This document shows, piece by piece, positions 1 to 9,536 of a stretch of DNA of 64,000 bases. Origin of the DNA: a virus; IMG/VR virus record IMGVR_UViG_3300020582_000006, positions 1-64,000 of that record; one strand, 5' to 3'. The position numbers and the translations under genes were made by a program. The notes beneath the pieces are model-generated. The model did not search any database. It worked only from the letters and a program-made list of their open reading frames with translations, and had not been told where the DNA came from. The number at the start of each line of letters is the position of its first letter. Within the stretch, counting starts at the first letter, position 1.

Positions 1-1
1 G

Positions 2-70
2 TTCCGCACCGGTCAGCTGGATGTGAACGGCATGGCTGAAATCACCATCAAGAACCGTCACGCCGCGTAA
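2..70 (+). CDS. 3' end of head decoration/cement protein (partial)
   Basis: Frame reads FRTGQLDVNGMAEITIKNRHAA*, directly upstream of the major capsid gene. Confidence 0.5.
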   Translation, partial: FRTGQLDVNGMAEITIKNRHAA

Positions 71-110
71 CCCGCGATCCATTCCCGAACAAAGGAGAAA
101 TCACTCAGCC

Positions 111-1247
111 ATGCATCAATATCAGCCTCGCACCCTCACCAGCGGACGGGCGGCAGTCGCCGATTACTCCCGCCTTCCCCTTCGCCCCGCGCGCGGCCAG
201 CAGCAGCCGCCGCCACAGCACCGCGCCCGCGCCGTCGATGTACGTCAGCAGCAATACGACATACAGGCCTTCGACGCGGCCTCGGCGTCGGGCCTGCAGT
301 TCCTGCAATCGCAGCTCGAACTGATCGACCCCAACATCGTCAAACCCCTGCAGGAAACAACGCACGCCCGTGACATGCCTTTTGAAATCGGCGGCGGGTT
401 CCCTGACTTCACCTCGATCTTCGGTACCAACTATGCCTCGACCGGCAATCAGGGTTACGGTCTGCAGGGCACCAATAACACCGAGATCGCCCAGGCCCAG
501 ATCGATCTGCAGAAAGGCATCTTTCCGCACTTCAACTGGACTTCCGGCTTCACCATCACTTACATCGACCTCGAAAAGATGGCGACCGCGCAGCGTAATG
601 GCATGCCGGCGCCTATCTCCGTGCAGGAGGTCTATGAGGAGTCGGTCGAGACGGTGTGGAACAAGATGCTCGACGGCCTTGTGTATTCCGGCTTCCAGGG
701 CAATGCCGGTCTGGTCAACAATCCCAACGTCCCCGCGGCTATCGTCAATAACGGCGCGGCGGGCGCAAGCGCCTGGGCGTCGAAGACACCTTCCGAGATC
801 CTTTCGGACGTGAACTTCGGCATCAACCAGACGGTCATGAACTCGGGCTATGCCTTCAAAGAAGGCACGGCGGACACGCTGCTGATTCCTCTGCAGCCTC
901 AGTTCGCGCAGCTCACCTTGCCCATGGCGCTCAACGGCGTCGGCTGGGATTCGACGATCAAGTACATCAAAGCCAATTGCGTGGCGGCGGCGTACGGGAT
1001 CAACTTCGACATCCTGCCTCTGCCCAATCCCTGGATCTCAGGCCAGGGCCTCGGCTCGACCGATCGCGGCGTCATGTACCGCAAGGACAAAAAGTCGCTC
1101 TATACCAAGATCGGCACGAAGGCGAAGAAGGCTTTCACGCTGCCCACTACCAAAGACGGCGTCGGCTACGAAACCGTCTATGTCGGCAACGTCTCGACGG
1201 TCGTCTTCCGCCGGACCACCACGCAGTTCTATCTCGATGGAATTTAA
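111..1247 (+). CDS. Major capsid protein (DUF2184-like)
   Basis: 378 aa; FLQSQLELID, GLVNNPNVP, WASKTPSEILSDVN and terminal YLDGI motifs; RBS AAGGAG. Confidence 0.9.
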   Translation: MHQYQPRTLTSGRAAVADYSRLPLRPARGQQQPPPQHRARAVDVRQQQYDIQAFDAASASGLQFLQSQLELIDPNIVKPLQETTHARDMPFEIGGGFPDFTSIFGTNYASTGNQGYGLQGTNNTEIAQAQIDLQKGIFPHFNWTSGFTITYIDLEKMATAQRNGMPAPISVQEVYEESVETVWNKMLDGLVYSGFQGNAGLVNNPNVPAAIVNNGAAGASAWASKTPSEILSDVNFGINQTVMNSGYAFKEGTADTLLIPLQPQFAQLTLPMALNGVGWDSTIKYIKANCVAAAYGINFDILPLPNPWISGQGLGSTDRGVMYRKDKKSLYTKIGTKAKKAFTLPTTKDGVGYETVYVGNVSTVVFRRTTTQFYLDGI

Positions 1248-1301
1248 CCGACGCGGGATCCGGTCCTTGCCCGGATCCTGACTCGAATGAAAGGAAAACC
1301 T

Positions 1302-1766
1302 ATGCCTAACATCATCGCGACAAAGACCATCGTGTTCACCGATCATCTGCACGTCTCCGGCGGCGAGGTGCACGTCAAAGTGAATCCCGCTCCCGGGGCC
1401 CAGGAGATACCGGACTGGGCGCTCAAGACCAAAACCTATGAAATGGCGATCGCGTCGGGCGCTATCTGTCTGATCGGGGAAGTGAATCCCGGGCCAGCGG
1501 ACGCTGTCCTGCCGCCCACCATGGAGTTGCTTCTTTCTTACGGCCTCACTACCAACGAGGCTGAGGCGATCTTCACCGAACAGCAACGCAAAGCAGAGGC
1601 GGGCGAACCTCCCTATGCGCCCAAAACGGAAGCGCCGCTGACTACTCCCACGGTCGACAGCCTGGTCGCGGCCGGACTGGACCGCGCGAGCGCGGAAAAG
1701 TTCATCGCGGACCGCGAAAAGGGCGCGAGCGGCCTGAGTTCACGGCGGAAACCCAGCTCGAATTGA
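1302..1766 (+). CDS. Hypothetical virion-associated protein
   Basis: ORF with AAGGA RBS between the capsid and head-tail adaptor genes. Confidence 0.6.
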   Translation: MPNIIATKTIVFTDHLHVSGGEVHVKVNPAPGAQEIPDWALKTKTYEMAIASGAICLIGEVNPGPADAVLPPTMELLLSYGLTTNEAEAIFTEQQRKAEAGEPPYAPKTEAPLTTPTVDSLVAAGLDRASAEKFIADREKGASGLSSRRKPSSN

Positions 1767-1769
1767 GCA

Positions 1770-1813
1770 GGAAACTGACCGGAAATTGACCGGAAATTGA
1801 CCGGAAACTGACC
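1770..1813 (+). repeat. Four tandem 11-bp repeats GGAAA(C/T)TGACC
   Basis: Copies start at 1770, 1781, 1792 and 1803, just before the ATG at 1819. Confidence 0.95.
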
Positions 1814-1818
1814 GTTTC

Positions 1819-2604
1819 ATGTCTCCTACCTCGTCTCAATTCCCGAACTATGACGTTTTTCTCGGCGATGCCTGGGGCTTCGGCAACGAAATCGTCTGTC
1901 CCTGGCTCACGCTGGCGTCAAACGTCGTCGTCGGGACCAATCCGCCTTACAGCGCGGCCGACTTTCTCTCGGTCTATCCGGCGTTCGGCGGCACGGTCCA
2001 GATGTTCAGCGGGATCGTGGCGAATGGCTCACCGGTAGTCACCGGCATCACCTCCACCACCGGTCTTCTGCCCGGCCAGGTGCTGGCGCCCTTCTACATG
2101 GTGCAGAATATCCCGGTGGCATTGCCTTTTCAGTCCGGGACCGTGATCCTGACGGTCGACAGCCCGACTCAGGTCACGCTCAACTATGCCGCGATCGCCG
2201 ACGGCACGCAAATGGCGGTCTATACCGCGCCTTTCATCCCACTCATCGTCATCAACCTGTACGTGACGCTCGCCAGCGCCTCGCTCGTCTATAACCGCTG
2301 GATCGATCACTGGTATCTCGGGATGTCGCTCTACATCGCGCACTACCTGACGCTCTATCTGCGCGAGGCGGGCAGCAACGTTCCCGTCCCGGCGAATCTG
2401 AGCCCGGGTATGATCGCCCAGATGGGCGCGGCCATCGGCTTCGTTACCAACAAAGCCGCCGGCAGCGTCTCGATGGGCTCGCAGTCGGTAACCGGACCCG
2501 GCACCGGCTTCGAGACCTGGGGCGCGTGGAATCTGACCAGTTACGGTCAGTTGTTCATCACCATCGCCAACGTCATGGGCGGCGGACCCATGTTTTTATG
2601 GTGA
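1819..2604 (+). CDS. Head-tail adaptor (DUF4054-like) with an inserted beta-domain
   Basis: FLSVYPAF, LYIAHYLTL, GSVSMG and WNLTSYGQLF motifs. Confidence 0.8.
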   Translation: MSPTSSQFPNYDVFLGDAWGFGNEIVCPWLTLASNVVVGTNPPYSAADFLSVYPAFGGTVQMFSGIVANGSPVVTGITSTTGLLPGQVLAPFYMVQNIPVALPFQSGTVILTVDSPTQVTLNYAAIADGTQMAVYTAPFIPLIVINLYVTLASASLVYNRWIDHWYLGMSLYIAHYLTLYLREAGSNVPVPANLSPGMIAQMGAAIGFVTNKAAGSVSMGSQSVTGPGTGFETWGAWNLTSYGQLFITIANVMGGGPMFLW

Positions 2605-3156
2605 TTTTCGCCTTTCAGGATGTCTCGCCCACCAGCGAGCACGAGCCTCAGACAGTTTCTGCTTCCATTCGGGCGTCCTCAGACGTTTCATGTGCGGGAA
2701 AGCAATTCCTTTTTTGACGTCGGACATTTTCCGCTTATAGTCTTCCGACCACGTCTTGCCTTTCCGCTGCAAACTCATCTTTTGGCGAGTTTCGTCGGAG
2801 GCTTTCTTGCCTGTTGTGATCTGGCGGATCTTTTCTTTGGTCGCTTCCGAATGCTTCAGGCCGGGTGAACCGTCGCCGCCCGCTGTGTAGTTGTAGCCGA
2901 ACGGTTTCATCGAACCGTAGTGCTCGATCCATCGCTGCTCTTTGGCGTTGAGTTCTTCCATCGAATCAGCACCGTCGATGATGGCGAAGTCAAAGGCTTT
3001 AACACCGTGCTTCCGCAGAGCGTTTCCGACCATCGTGCCGTGGATGCCGTGGTTTTTGATGTGGTATCTGATTCGTTCTTTCAGTTTCCGAGTAGTCTGG
3101 CCGACATATTTCTTGCCGCTGGCCCTGTGGAGGATGAGATAGATGGTTCCGTACAA
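2596..3156 (-). CDS. GIY-YIG homing endonuclease with NUMOD3 repeats
   Basis: GTIYLI...KKYVGQT, E-x3-I, GYN-x-T-x-GGDG, HSEATKEKI and SDETRQKMS; TTG start; antisense to the structural operon. Confidence 0.9.
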   Translation of the reverse strand: MYGTIYLILHRASGKKYVGQTTRKLKERIRYHIKNHGIHGTMVGNALRKHGVKAFDFAIIDGADSMEELNAKEQRWIEHYGSMKPFGYNYTAGGDGSPGLKHSEATKEKIRQITTGKKASDETRQKMSLQRKGKTWSEDYKRKMSDVKKGIAFPHMKRLRTPEWKQKLSEARARWWARHPERRKSP

Positions 3157-3186
3157 TGCCCGCCTCGCCCGCCTGAATTCTTTGAA

Positions 3187-3244
3187 TGGGCCACCGGTCG
3201 GCGGGTGACCATGCCCGCACTGATCAGGCGCGGGTGGCAGCCCA
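3187..3244 (-). ncRNA. c4-like multi-stem antisense RNA element
   Basis: Minus strand: outer stem TGGGCTGCC/GGTGGCCCA enclosing hairpins CCCGCGC-CTGATCA-GTGCGGG and GGTC-ACCCGCC-GACC; loops are complementary to TCAGG/GGCGGG upstream of the endonuclease start. Confidence 0.55.
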
Positions 3245-3257
3245 AAGGAGATGATAC

Positions 3258-3458
3258 ATGCCTTTCCTGATTCAAATCATCGTCTTGCTGGTAATCGTGG
3301 GCCTGGTGCTGTGGGTCGTGCAGCAGATTCCGATGGACCCGACCATCGCGCGTATTATCCGCGTGGTTGTGATCGTCTTCGTCGTGATCTGGCTGCTCTA
3401 CCTGTTGCTGGGCTTGTTCGGTACCGGCTCACTGACTTTACCGGCTCCGCGGCGCTGA
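3258..3458 (+). CDS. Small two-TM membrane protein (holin-like possible)
   Basis: 66 aa with two hydrophobic helices; AAGGAG RBS. Confidence 0.65.
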   Translation: MPFLIQIIVLLVIVGLVLWVVQQIPMDPTIARIIRVVVIVFVVIWLLYLLLGLFGTGSLTLPAPRR

Positions 3459-3510
3459 AAACTGTTACGATCTCCGCAAGGCTAAGGCCTCACCAAAAGG
3501 AGAAAGTAAC

Positions 3511-3924
3511 ATGTCCGATTCGTACACGATCAACGTCCCGGCGACTGAAGGCGGTTCGTCGGATCTGCCCAAACCCCTCATCACTCCGATTTCGTCATCC
3601 AGCGGCGAACCGAGTCCGGATCCGAGTCTGGGCCGGTTCAATAACTGGGCCTTCGAGATCATTCTGCACGAGCACTTCGACAAACTGCGCGGGCGCCTGA
3701 TGGATATCGCCGAATGTTCAACGCGCGACCGGCAGCAGGCAAGGGCGATGCAGGCGCTGATGAAAGACGCGCTCAATACGGCCTTCCACGATTCGCGGCG
3801 CAATATGGAAACCTTCTGCCGCGACAAAGGCGTCATCGGGGCAGGCGAAGGTCTGGAACACGGTCCTGGCTATGGTCTCAGGGCCGATTCCATCGCGGAA
3901 TTTATTTACGAACAGCCGCGCTGA
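3511..3924 (+). CDS. Hypothetical protein
   Basis: 137-aa ORF with AAGGAG RBS. Confidence 0.6.
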   Translation: MSDSYTINVPATEGGSSDLPKPLITPISSSSGEPSPDPSLGRFNNWAFEIILHEHFDKLRGRLMDIAECSTRDRQQARAMQALMKDALNTAFHDSRRNMETFCRDKGVIGAGEGLEHGPGYGLRADSIAEFIYEQPR

Positions 3925-3926
3925 AT

Positions 3927-3935
3927 TGCTACTAT
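3927..3935 (+). promoter_or_regulatory. Extended -10 promoter (TGCTACTAT) for the tRNA
   Basis: TG-n-TACTAT ending 6 nt before tRNA position 1. Confidence 0.5.
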
Positions 3936-3941
3936 CATGGC

Positions 3942-4018
<77 letters not shown>

Positions 4019-4059
4019 CATCGTGGGACGCCGAAGTAGCGCGGCTGAAACCACACCTC

Positions 4060-4099
4060 GGGCGGAAGTTCTTTTCCTCGACTTCCGCCCTTCGTATTT
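4060..4099 (+). terminator. Hairpin / possible intrinsic terminator after the tRNA
   Basis: GGGCGGAAGT...ACTTCCGCCC 10-bp stem followed by TTCGTATTT. Confidence 0.5.
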
Positions 4100-4115
4100 G
4101 ACCACTGACTGGTCT

Positions 4116-4637
4116 ATGCCTCCCCGCAATCCTCCACTCACAGTGACCCGGTCGGGTCCCGGCTTCCTTGAGATCGAAAGCGCCCTGAATCAGGTGAAGC
4201 GGTCAGAGGTGTATATCGGGATCCCGGCCGACCGCACCCTGCGGCGCGGCGATGAGATGAACAATGCCAGCCTGCTGTTCATTCACACGCATGGCTCGCC
4301 CTTGCGTAACATCCCGCCGCGGCCTGTGATCGAACCGGCCCTGAGAACTGTGGCCAAACCTATCGCGGATGAACTGGCGAAGTCAGCGAAGGCTTTGCTC
4401 GAGCACAATCCGCAACGCTCGCTCATGTTTCTCAAACGCGCGGGAGTACTCGGATCGAATGCGGCCAAACGCTGGTTTACCAATCCGATGAACGGATGGC
4501 CACCGAACGCGCCCTCGACGATCGCTCACAAAGGCAGCGACAAACCTCTGCTCGATACCGGGCAGCTGCGCCGCGCAATCACTTACGCGATCTTACAGGG
4601 CAATGTCCGGACGCCTGCGGAACAAGCCGATGAATGA
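4116..4637 (+). CDS. Neck/virion morphogenesis protein
   Basis: IPPRP, WPPNAPSTIAHKGSDKPLLDTGQLRRAITY motif; start moved to ATG 4116 because the longer ORF overlaps the tRNA. Confidence 0.8.
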   Translation: MPPRNPPLTVTRSGPGFLEIESALNQVKRSEVYIGIPADRTLRRGDEMNNASLLFIHTHGSPLRNIPPRPVIEPALRTVAKPIADELAKSAKALLEHNPQRSLMFLKRAGVLGSNAAKRWFTNPMNGWPPNAPSTIAHKGSDKPLLDTGQLRRAITYAILQGNVRTPAEQADE

Positions 4638-4845
4638 CAAAACGTCGAAGGAGCTGATGGGCCTCGTGCTCAGGGCGCTTCATCGGGACGAAGACTTGTC
4701 CGCATACGTGAAGAATCTCTCGGGGCAGGGCATCCTGCCTGTGATGAATATCAATATCGGGTTCACCGTGCATCCGCCGGAGCAAGTCACGCCGGATCCG
4801 GACTTCGACAGAAAGTTCCTTAAAGGCTTGAGGATCACCGACTGA
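4630..4845 (+). CDS. Hypothetical protein
   Basis: Short ORF tightly packed between neighbours. Confidence 0.5.
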   Translation: MNDKTSKELMGLVLRALHRDEDLSAYVKNLSGQGILPVMNINIGFTVHPPEQVTPDPDFDRKFLKGLRITD

Positions 4846-4846
4846 G

Positions 4847-5239
4847 ATGCCCTTTCAGCTTACGGAAGTGGTCCTGGATCCCGACATGGGGCAACCTATA
4901 GTCATCAATCGCTCGCAGGGCAGTTTCGGCCCGGGCGGATGGCAGACGACCGGCACTTCTCAGATCCCGACGTTCGGCGTGATCGAGATCGATCAGGACC
5001 AGCTCGACAAGATGATTCCGGAAGGCGACCGCATCTCGGGCGCGATCGGTGTCTATATTCCGATTGCGATTTATCCCACTCATCTGAGTGGCGCGCCGCC
5101 GCCCAGCTTCAATTTCATCGGACCAGGCGTTTCCGACGAGATCGTGTGGAACGGCGAACCATACAGCGTTACCAGCGTCGGGCCCTGGAACGATTTCGGC
5201 TATTACTTCGCCGTGCTCCTGCGCCTGCCCGGGTTCTGA
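4847..5239 (+). CDS. Head closure / head-tail joining protein
   Basis: 130 aa; IPEGDRISG, DEIVWNGEPYSV and WNDFGY motifs; position in module. Confidence 0.7.
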   Translation: MPFQLTEVVLDPDMGQPIVINRSQGSFGPGGWQTTGTSQIPTFGVIEIDQDQLDKMIPEGDRISGAIGVYIPIAIYPTHLSGAPPPSFNFIGPGVSDEIVWNGEPYSVTSVGPWNDFGYYFAVLLRLPGF

Positions 5240-5355
5240 GTTTTCCACAGAGCCAGGCAAATAATTTCAGGAATAATTTTCAACCGTTTTTACAAAAGCT
5301 CGCGCCGCAGCCAATACTGACGGCCCTTTCCCAATTTCGTCACAGGAGATCCCGC

Positions 5356-6420
5356 ATGAGTTCCGCGTACAACTTCATTTTTTCGAACACAGAGAGTGTG
5401 GCCGTCAGCAGTCTGCCGGCGAACATGCAGCCGGGAGGCGATCCCGGCGTCGGACTGTTCGATGCGAATGCGCCCACACCAGGTACGAACGGCGCGCCTC
5501 TGGTGCGCGTGCCCGGCAAAGGGCTCTGGATGGTCATCAACGGCTTCTGGCAGCAGATCGCCCCGGCGCCTGACACCGGCGGCGGCACACTGCCTCCCGG
5601 CAGCGTCGGACAGGCGCAGCTGCAGCCTGCGAGCGTCGGCACCGACCAGCTGATCGACGGCAGTGTTACTTTGGCCAAGCTCGATCCGGCGCTCGCTCTG
5701 CCTGCTGACAGCGTGGGCACGCCGCAGCTCCAGGATGGCAGCGTCACGGCCGAGAAACTGGCGGGCGGGTTCACTCTGCCTGCCAACAGCGTAGGCACGC
5801 CTGAGCTGATCGCCGCCAGCGTCACTCAGGACAAACTCGCGCTTCTGAGCGTCGGCGGACCGCAACTCATTCTTGCGAGCGTGGGCCAGCCCCAAATGGG
5901 CCTTCTCAGCGTGGGCACGCCGCAGCTGATTCTCGCCAGCGTGGGACAGGAGCAACTCGCGCTTCTCAGCGTGGGCACGCCGCAATTGATCGATGCCAGT
6001 GTTACGGCAGAGAAACTCGCGCCGGGAGTTTTCAGTAATCCTGTGGCCGGATTGCAGGTGGCGCAGGCGACTTACGACTTCTCGGTCGATGGCGGCGCCG
6101 AAGGCACGATCACGCCCGCTACCAATGCGGTCATCCCGGCGAACGCCATCGTCATGAATCAGGTGATCGACTGGACGACGCCCGCGGCCGGCAATAACAA
6201 CGTCACTGCCATCGGGCTTACCGGGCAGGACGCGGCACTGCTCGATCCGACTGAAAGGGTCAATCTGACAGGCATCATCCCCGGCAACGTTCAGTTCCAG
6301 ACCAGTTCGACCTGGCTCAAACTGGCGGCGGACTCTTCGATCACTCTGACTGTCACACAGGCTCCTTTGACTGCCGGCGTCTGCAATATCTGGGTCTTTT
6401 ACCTGTCCGTCCCGGCGTAA
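5356..6420 (+). CDS. Repeat-containing virion fibre/decoration protein
   Basis: AGGAG RBS; multiple SVGTPQL/SVTAEKLA repeats; C-terminal beta domain. Confidence 0.65.
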   Translation: MSSAYNFIFSNTESVAVSSLPANMQPGGDPGVGLFDANAPTPGTNGAPLVRVPGKGLWMVINGFWQQIAPAPDTGGGTLPPGSVGQAQLQPASVGTDQLIDGSVTLAKLDPALALPADSVGTPQLQDGSVTAEKLAGGFTLPANSVGTPELIAASVTQDKLALLSVGGPQLILASVGQPQMGLLSVGTPQLILASVGQEQLALLSVGTPQLIDASVTAEKLAPGVFSNPVAGLQVAQATYDFSVDGGAEGTITPATNAVIPANAIVMNQVIDWTTPAAGNNNVTAIGLTGQDAALLDPTERVNLTGIIPGNVQFQTSSTWLKLAADSSITLTVTQAPLTAGVCNIWVFYLSVPA

Positions 6421-6515
6421 GCGGCTTATTTCATAAGTTGCAACTCCTTATTTTATAAGCGCCTGAAAGCCGCCACTTCTCATTTTTCCCCCGGATTTGA
6501 GGGGCGCAGACCCGT

Positions 6516-7169
6516 ATGCCTTATCAGATCAACTACCCGAACGGTCAGCAGCTGAATTCATCCGCCCAGACGCCCAACGGGATGGAGACGATCTTTCAGG
6601 CGCTGAGCATCGGGATGCTGGGGATCGATTCGATTCCTCCGGTGAATCCGAACTCTGCTTATCAGGCAGTGCGCTGCGCCTTTCAGCAGAAAGGGCAGCC
6701 GTCCTGGAGTATCAATAACACCGTCACCACCATTTCGGCGCTCATTGACACCGATCCCTACGGCAAAAGCCGGGACGAGCTCATCGGGCCGAACGATGAC
6801 ATCAGCGTCACGCAGTATCTCTCCTACACGCGCGTCTGGCGCTTGCACTGGGACATCTACGGACCGTTCGCTCAGAGCTATGCCGAAGCCCTGATATCCG
6901 GCTTTGCCCAGGTGGACTGGGTCTTCGACTGGATGGTCAACGGCTGCAACGGCATGGCGCAGCAGCCGATCTATTTCGTGGCCGATCCCGTCGCGCCGAT
7001 CCGCGCGCCTGAGAACTTTCAGCGCCAGTGGTGGGAGCGGGTGACGCTCGATCTCCGGTTCAACGAGCTGGTGATTCAGACGGTTACCGTGCCGACGGGC
7101 ATCTCGGTCGAGATCACGGTTACGGCCGATACCGGCGAGACCGAAACCTTCACTGTGACCGCCGCCTGA
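6516..7169 (+). CDS. Tail terminator / neck protein
   Basis: Directly upstream of the sheath gene; WWERVTLDLRFN motif. Confidence 0.65.
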   Translation: MPYQINYPNGQQLNSSAQTPNGMETIFQALSIGMLGIDSIPPVNPNSAYQAVRCAFQQKGQPSWSINNTVTTISALIDTDPYGKSRDELIGPNDDISVTQYLSYTRVWRLHWDIYGPFAQSYAEALISGFAQVDWVFDWMVNGCNGMAQQPIYFVADPVAPIRAPENFQRQWWERVTLDLRFNELVIQTVTVPTGISVEITVTADTGETETFTVTAA

Positions 7170-7217
7170 CAGCTGTTCCGTTATCCCGAATTTTCAAAAG
7201 CGAAGGACCTATTTCCT

Positions 7218-8891
7218 ATGGCAACGTTTCCGCTTTCTCTGCCGCTTAATGACATCATTCCGGTTACCGTCGTCATCTCGCCGGTGGTACCGCCAGGGCC
7301 TGCTTTCAACCAGGCGCTGATCCTCGGTTCGAGCACAAACATTCCGTCATCCATCCGCCTGCTGCAGTTCACCGCGCTCACGCAATTGACGGTCAGCAAT
7401 CCGAGTATCGGCTTCGTCGGCTTCGCACCAACCGATCCGGAGTATCAGGCGGCTGAGGTCTACTTCGAACAGAACCCGGCGCCGTTCTATCTCTGGATCG
7501 GACGCCGGGACCTGACGGCGCTCGGTGCCGTCTCGGTCGCGGCCGGCGGGACAGGCTATGTCATCGGCGACATCGTAGCAGTCGTCGAGTCCGCGAATTC
7601 GACCGGCAGTCTGGTGGTAACTGGCATCGTGAGCGGCACCGGCGCAGTAAACGGTGTCAATCTGATTCCCGGCAAGCAGGGCACCGGCTACTCGACCGGG
7701 ACCGCCTTACCCACTACAGGCGGAACAGGAACCGGCCTGACGGTGACGATCGTATCGACCGGCGAATCCCCGGCTGCGGCCATGGCCGCTTGCCGCCTCG
7801 CTTCGCCCCAATGGTATGCCGCGTCGAACGTCAGTCTTCAGGACTCAGGCACACCCGTTGCCACGACCACGGCCATAACGAACGCGGGACTGCCGCTCAT
7901 CAACGTAACCAGCCCCACCGGGATCGCTGTCGGGCAAATCATTACGGGCGCAGGCATCCTGGGCAATACAACCGTCATCGGTCTTATACCGGGCACGCCC
8001 GAAGTGGTTGAGCTTTCGCAGGCTCCGACCGCCAGCGGCACCGCTGTTCCGGTTCAGTTCTTCGCCCCGCTTTCCGTCCAGTCGAACGTCAATCTGGCCA
8101 CTTTCATCGAAGCTGCCACACCGCCCAGCATCCTGTTCCTGACTTCGGGCGATCCGGCGATCCTCAATAATTCGCCGAACAACCTGTTTGCGACATTGCA
8201 GGCCGCGAGCTTCAATCGCACCTGTCCGGTCTATGCGACGACGGAGCTGGGCGAGTCGAATCAGTTCAACGCTTACGCGGGCGTGGCGGCGATGGGATAC
8301 GCCATGGGCGCGAACACCGGCACCGCGTCGAGTTACTTCACGCTCATGTTCAAACAGCTGATCGGGATCATACCGGAACAGCTGACACAGCAGCAGGCGA
8401 CTACCATTTCCGGTTCGGCCGACCGGACCAACATGGGCCTGAACGGGAATATCTATGTCAATTACGCCAACGGCGATTACAAGATCTTCCAGAACGGAAC
8501 CATGGCCTCGGGCCGCTTCGTGGATATCACGATCTTTCTCGATCTTCTGGTCAGCGAGATTCAGTACGGCGCGATGAACACGCTGGTTTCCCAGCCTTCC
8601 ATTCCGCTCAATCAGGCCGGGATCTCGATGATGATCTCGGCGATCACTCAGGCTTGCGTGGCGCTCCAGACCATCGGCTTCATCAACACGTCCGGCGTCT
8701 GGCAGGGCGTCACTATCGGGCCGATCAGCCCGGGGACCAATCTGCCGAAAGGCTATTACGTCTACTCGCCGCCGGCGAGCTCGCTCACGCAGGCGCAGCG
8801 GCAGAACAGGCAATTCCCGCACATGAACGTCCTGATCATCCTGGCCGAATCCGGCCAGTCGCTCGCCATCACCGTGAACGTTCAGCCGTAA
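7218..8891 (+). CDS. Contractile tail sheath protein (DUF3383-like)
   Basis: PEYQAAEVYFEQNPAP, TLMFKQLIGI, GTMASGRFVD and GYYVY motifs. Confidence 0.88.
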   Translation: MATFPLSLPLNDIIPVTVVISPVVPPGPAFNQALILGSSTNIPSSIRLLQFTALTQLTVSNPSIGFVGFAPTDPEYQAAEVYFEQNPAPFYLWIGRRDLTALGAVSVAAGGTGYVIGDIVAVVESANSTGSLVVTGIVSGTGAVNGVNLIPGKQGTGYSTGTALPTTGGTGTGLTVTIVSTGESPAAAMAACRLASPQWYAASNVSLQDSGTPVATTTAITNAGLPLINVTSPTGIAVGQIITGAGILGNTTVIGLIPGTPEVVELSQAPTASGTAVPVQFFAPLSVQSNVNLATFIEAATPPSILFLTSGDPAILNNSPNNLFATLQAASFNRTCPVYATTELGESNQFNAYAGVAAMGYAMGANTGTASSYFTLMFKQLIGIIPEQLTQQQATTISGSADRTNMGLNGNIYVNYANGDYKIFQNGTMASGRFVDITIFLDLLVSEIQYGAMNTLVSQPSIPLNQAGISMMISAITQACVALQTIGFINTSGVWQGVTIGPISPGTNLPKGYYVYSPPASSLTQAQRQNRQFPHMNVLIILAESGQSLAITVNVQP

Positions 8892-8920
8892 AAAGACAGC
8901 CGGTTTAAAGGAGAAACGTT

Positions 8921-9442
8921 ATGGCCCAGGGAGTACTTGCTACTTATTCCGGACTGGCTCTGAACGGGGCGATCAACAGTCCGCTTTTCGGTGCGATCAT
9001 TCTGGCCGGCATCAATCAGGCCGGTATCAATCGGATCACGATCCGCATGGACACCAACCATGCGGAGTTGAAACGAGGCATGGACGGCGCACAGGTGCCG
9101 TCTTACGTCCCCGGCGAGTCGGGCGTGATCGAGATCAGCGTCTGGCAGACCAGCCAGCTGCAGCAGCAATTACTGCAGGCTTACAACGCCGTGCTGACGC
9201 TGTCGCTCACCGGCGACGTCTCGGAGTCGTTCGGCGCCACCATCTATCTGGAGAACACATCCGATCAGTCCTCGCATACCGCTTCCGGCTGCATGCTGCA
9301 GAAGGTACCGGACAAGCCTTATCAGGAACAAGCCCAGGAGGTGAACTGGATGTTTACCTGCGCCCACATCATCTCGGAACCGGGCGGCGCGGTCGGCGCG
9401 GTCATCGGCTCCGTCTCGTCGGTCCTCTCAGGCCTCGGCTAA
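8921..9442 (+). CDS. Tail tube protein (DUF3277-like)
   Basis: Follows the sheath gene; GMDG, GVIEISVWQTS, KVPDKPY...WMFTC. Confidence 0.8.
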   Translation: MAQGVLATYSGLALNGAINSPLFGAIILAGINQAGINRITIRMDTNHAELKRGMDGAQVPSYVPGESGVIEISVWQTSQLQQQLLQAYNAVLTLSLTGDVSESFGATIYLENTSDQSSHTASGCMLQKVPDKPYQEQAQEVNWMFTCAHIISEPGGAVGAVIGSVSSVLSGLG

Positions 9443-9473
9443 AAAATAAACCGGCTCTGTGCGGAGAGCCGGT
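9441..9473 (-). terminator. Intrinsic terminator on the minus strand
   Basis: ACCGGCTCT/AGAGCCGGT stem followed by TTATTTTT on the minus strand. Confidence 0.65.
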
Positions 9474-9536
9474 CCGTGACATCAACCTGCTATCGACTTA
9501 CCTTGCCCTCAAGAATAACAGCTTTTCCACAACTAT

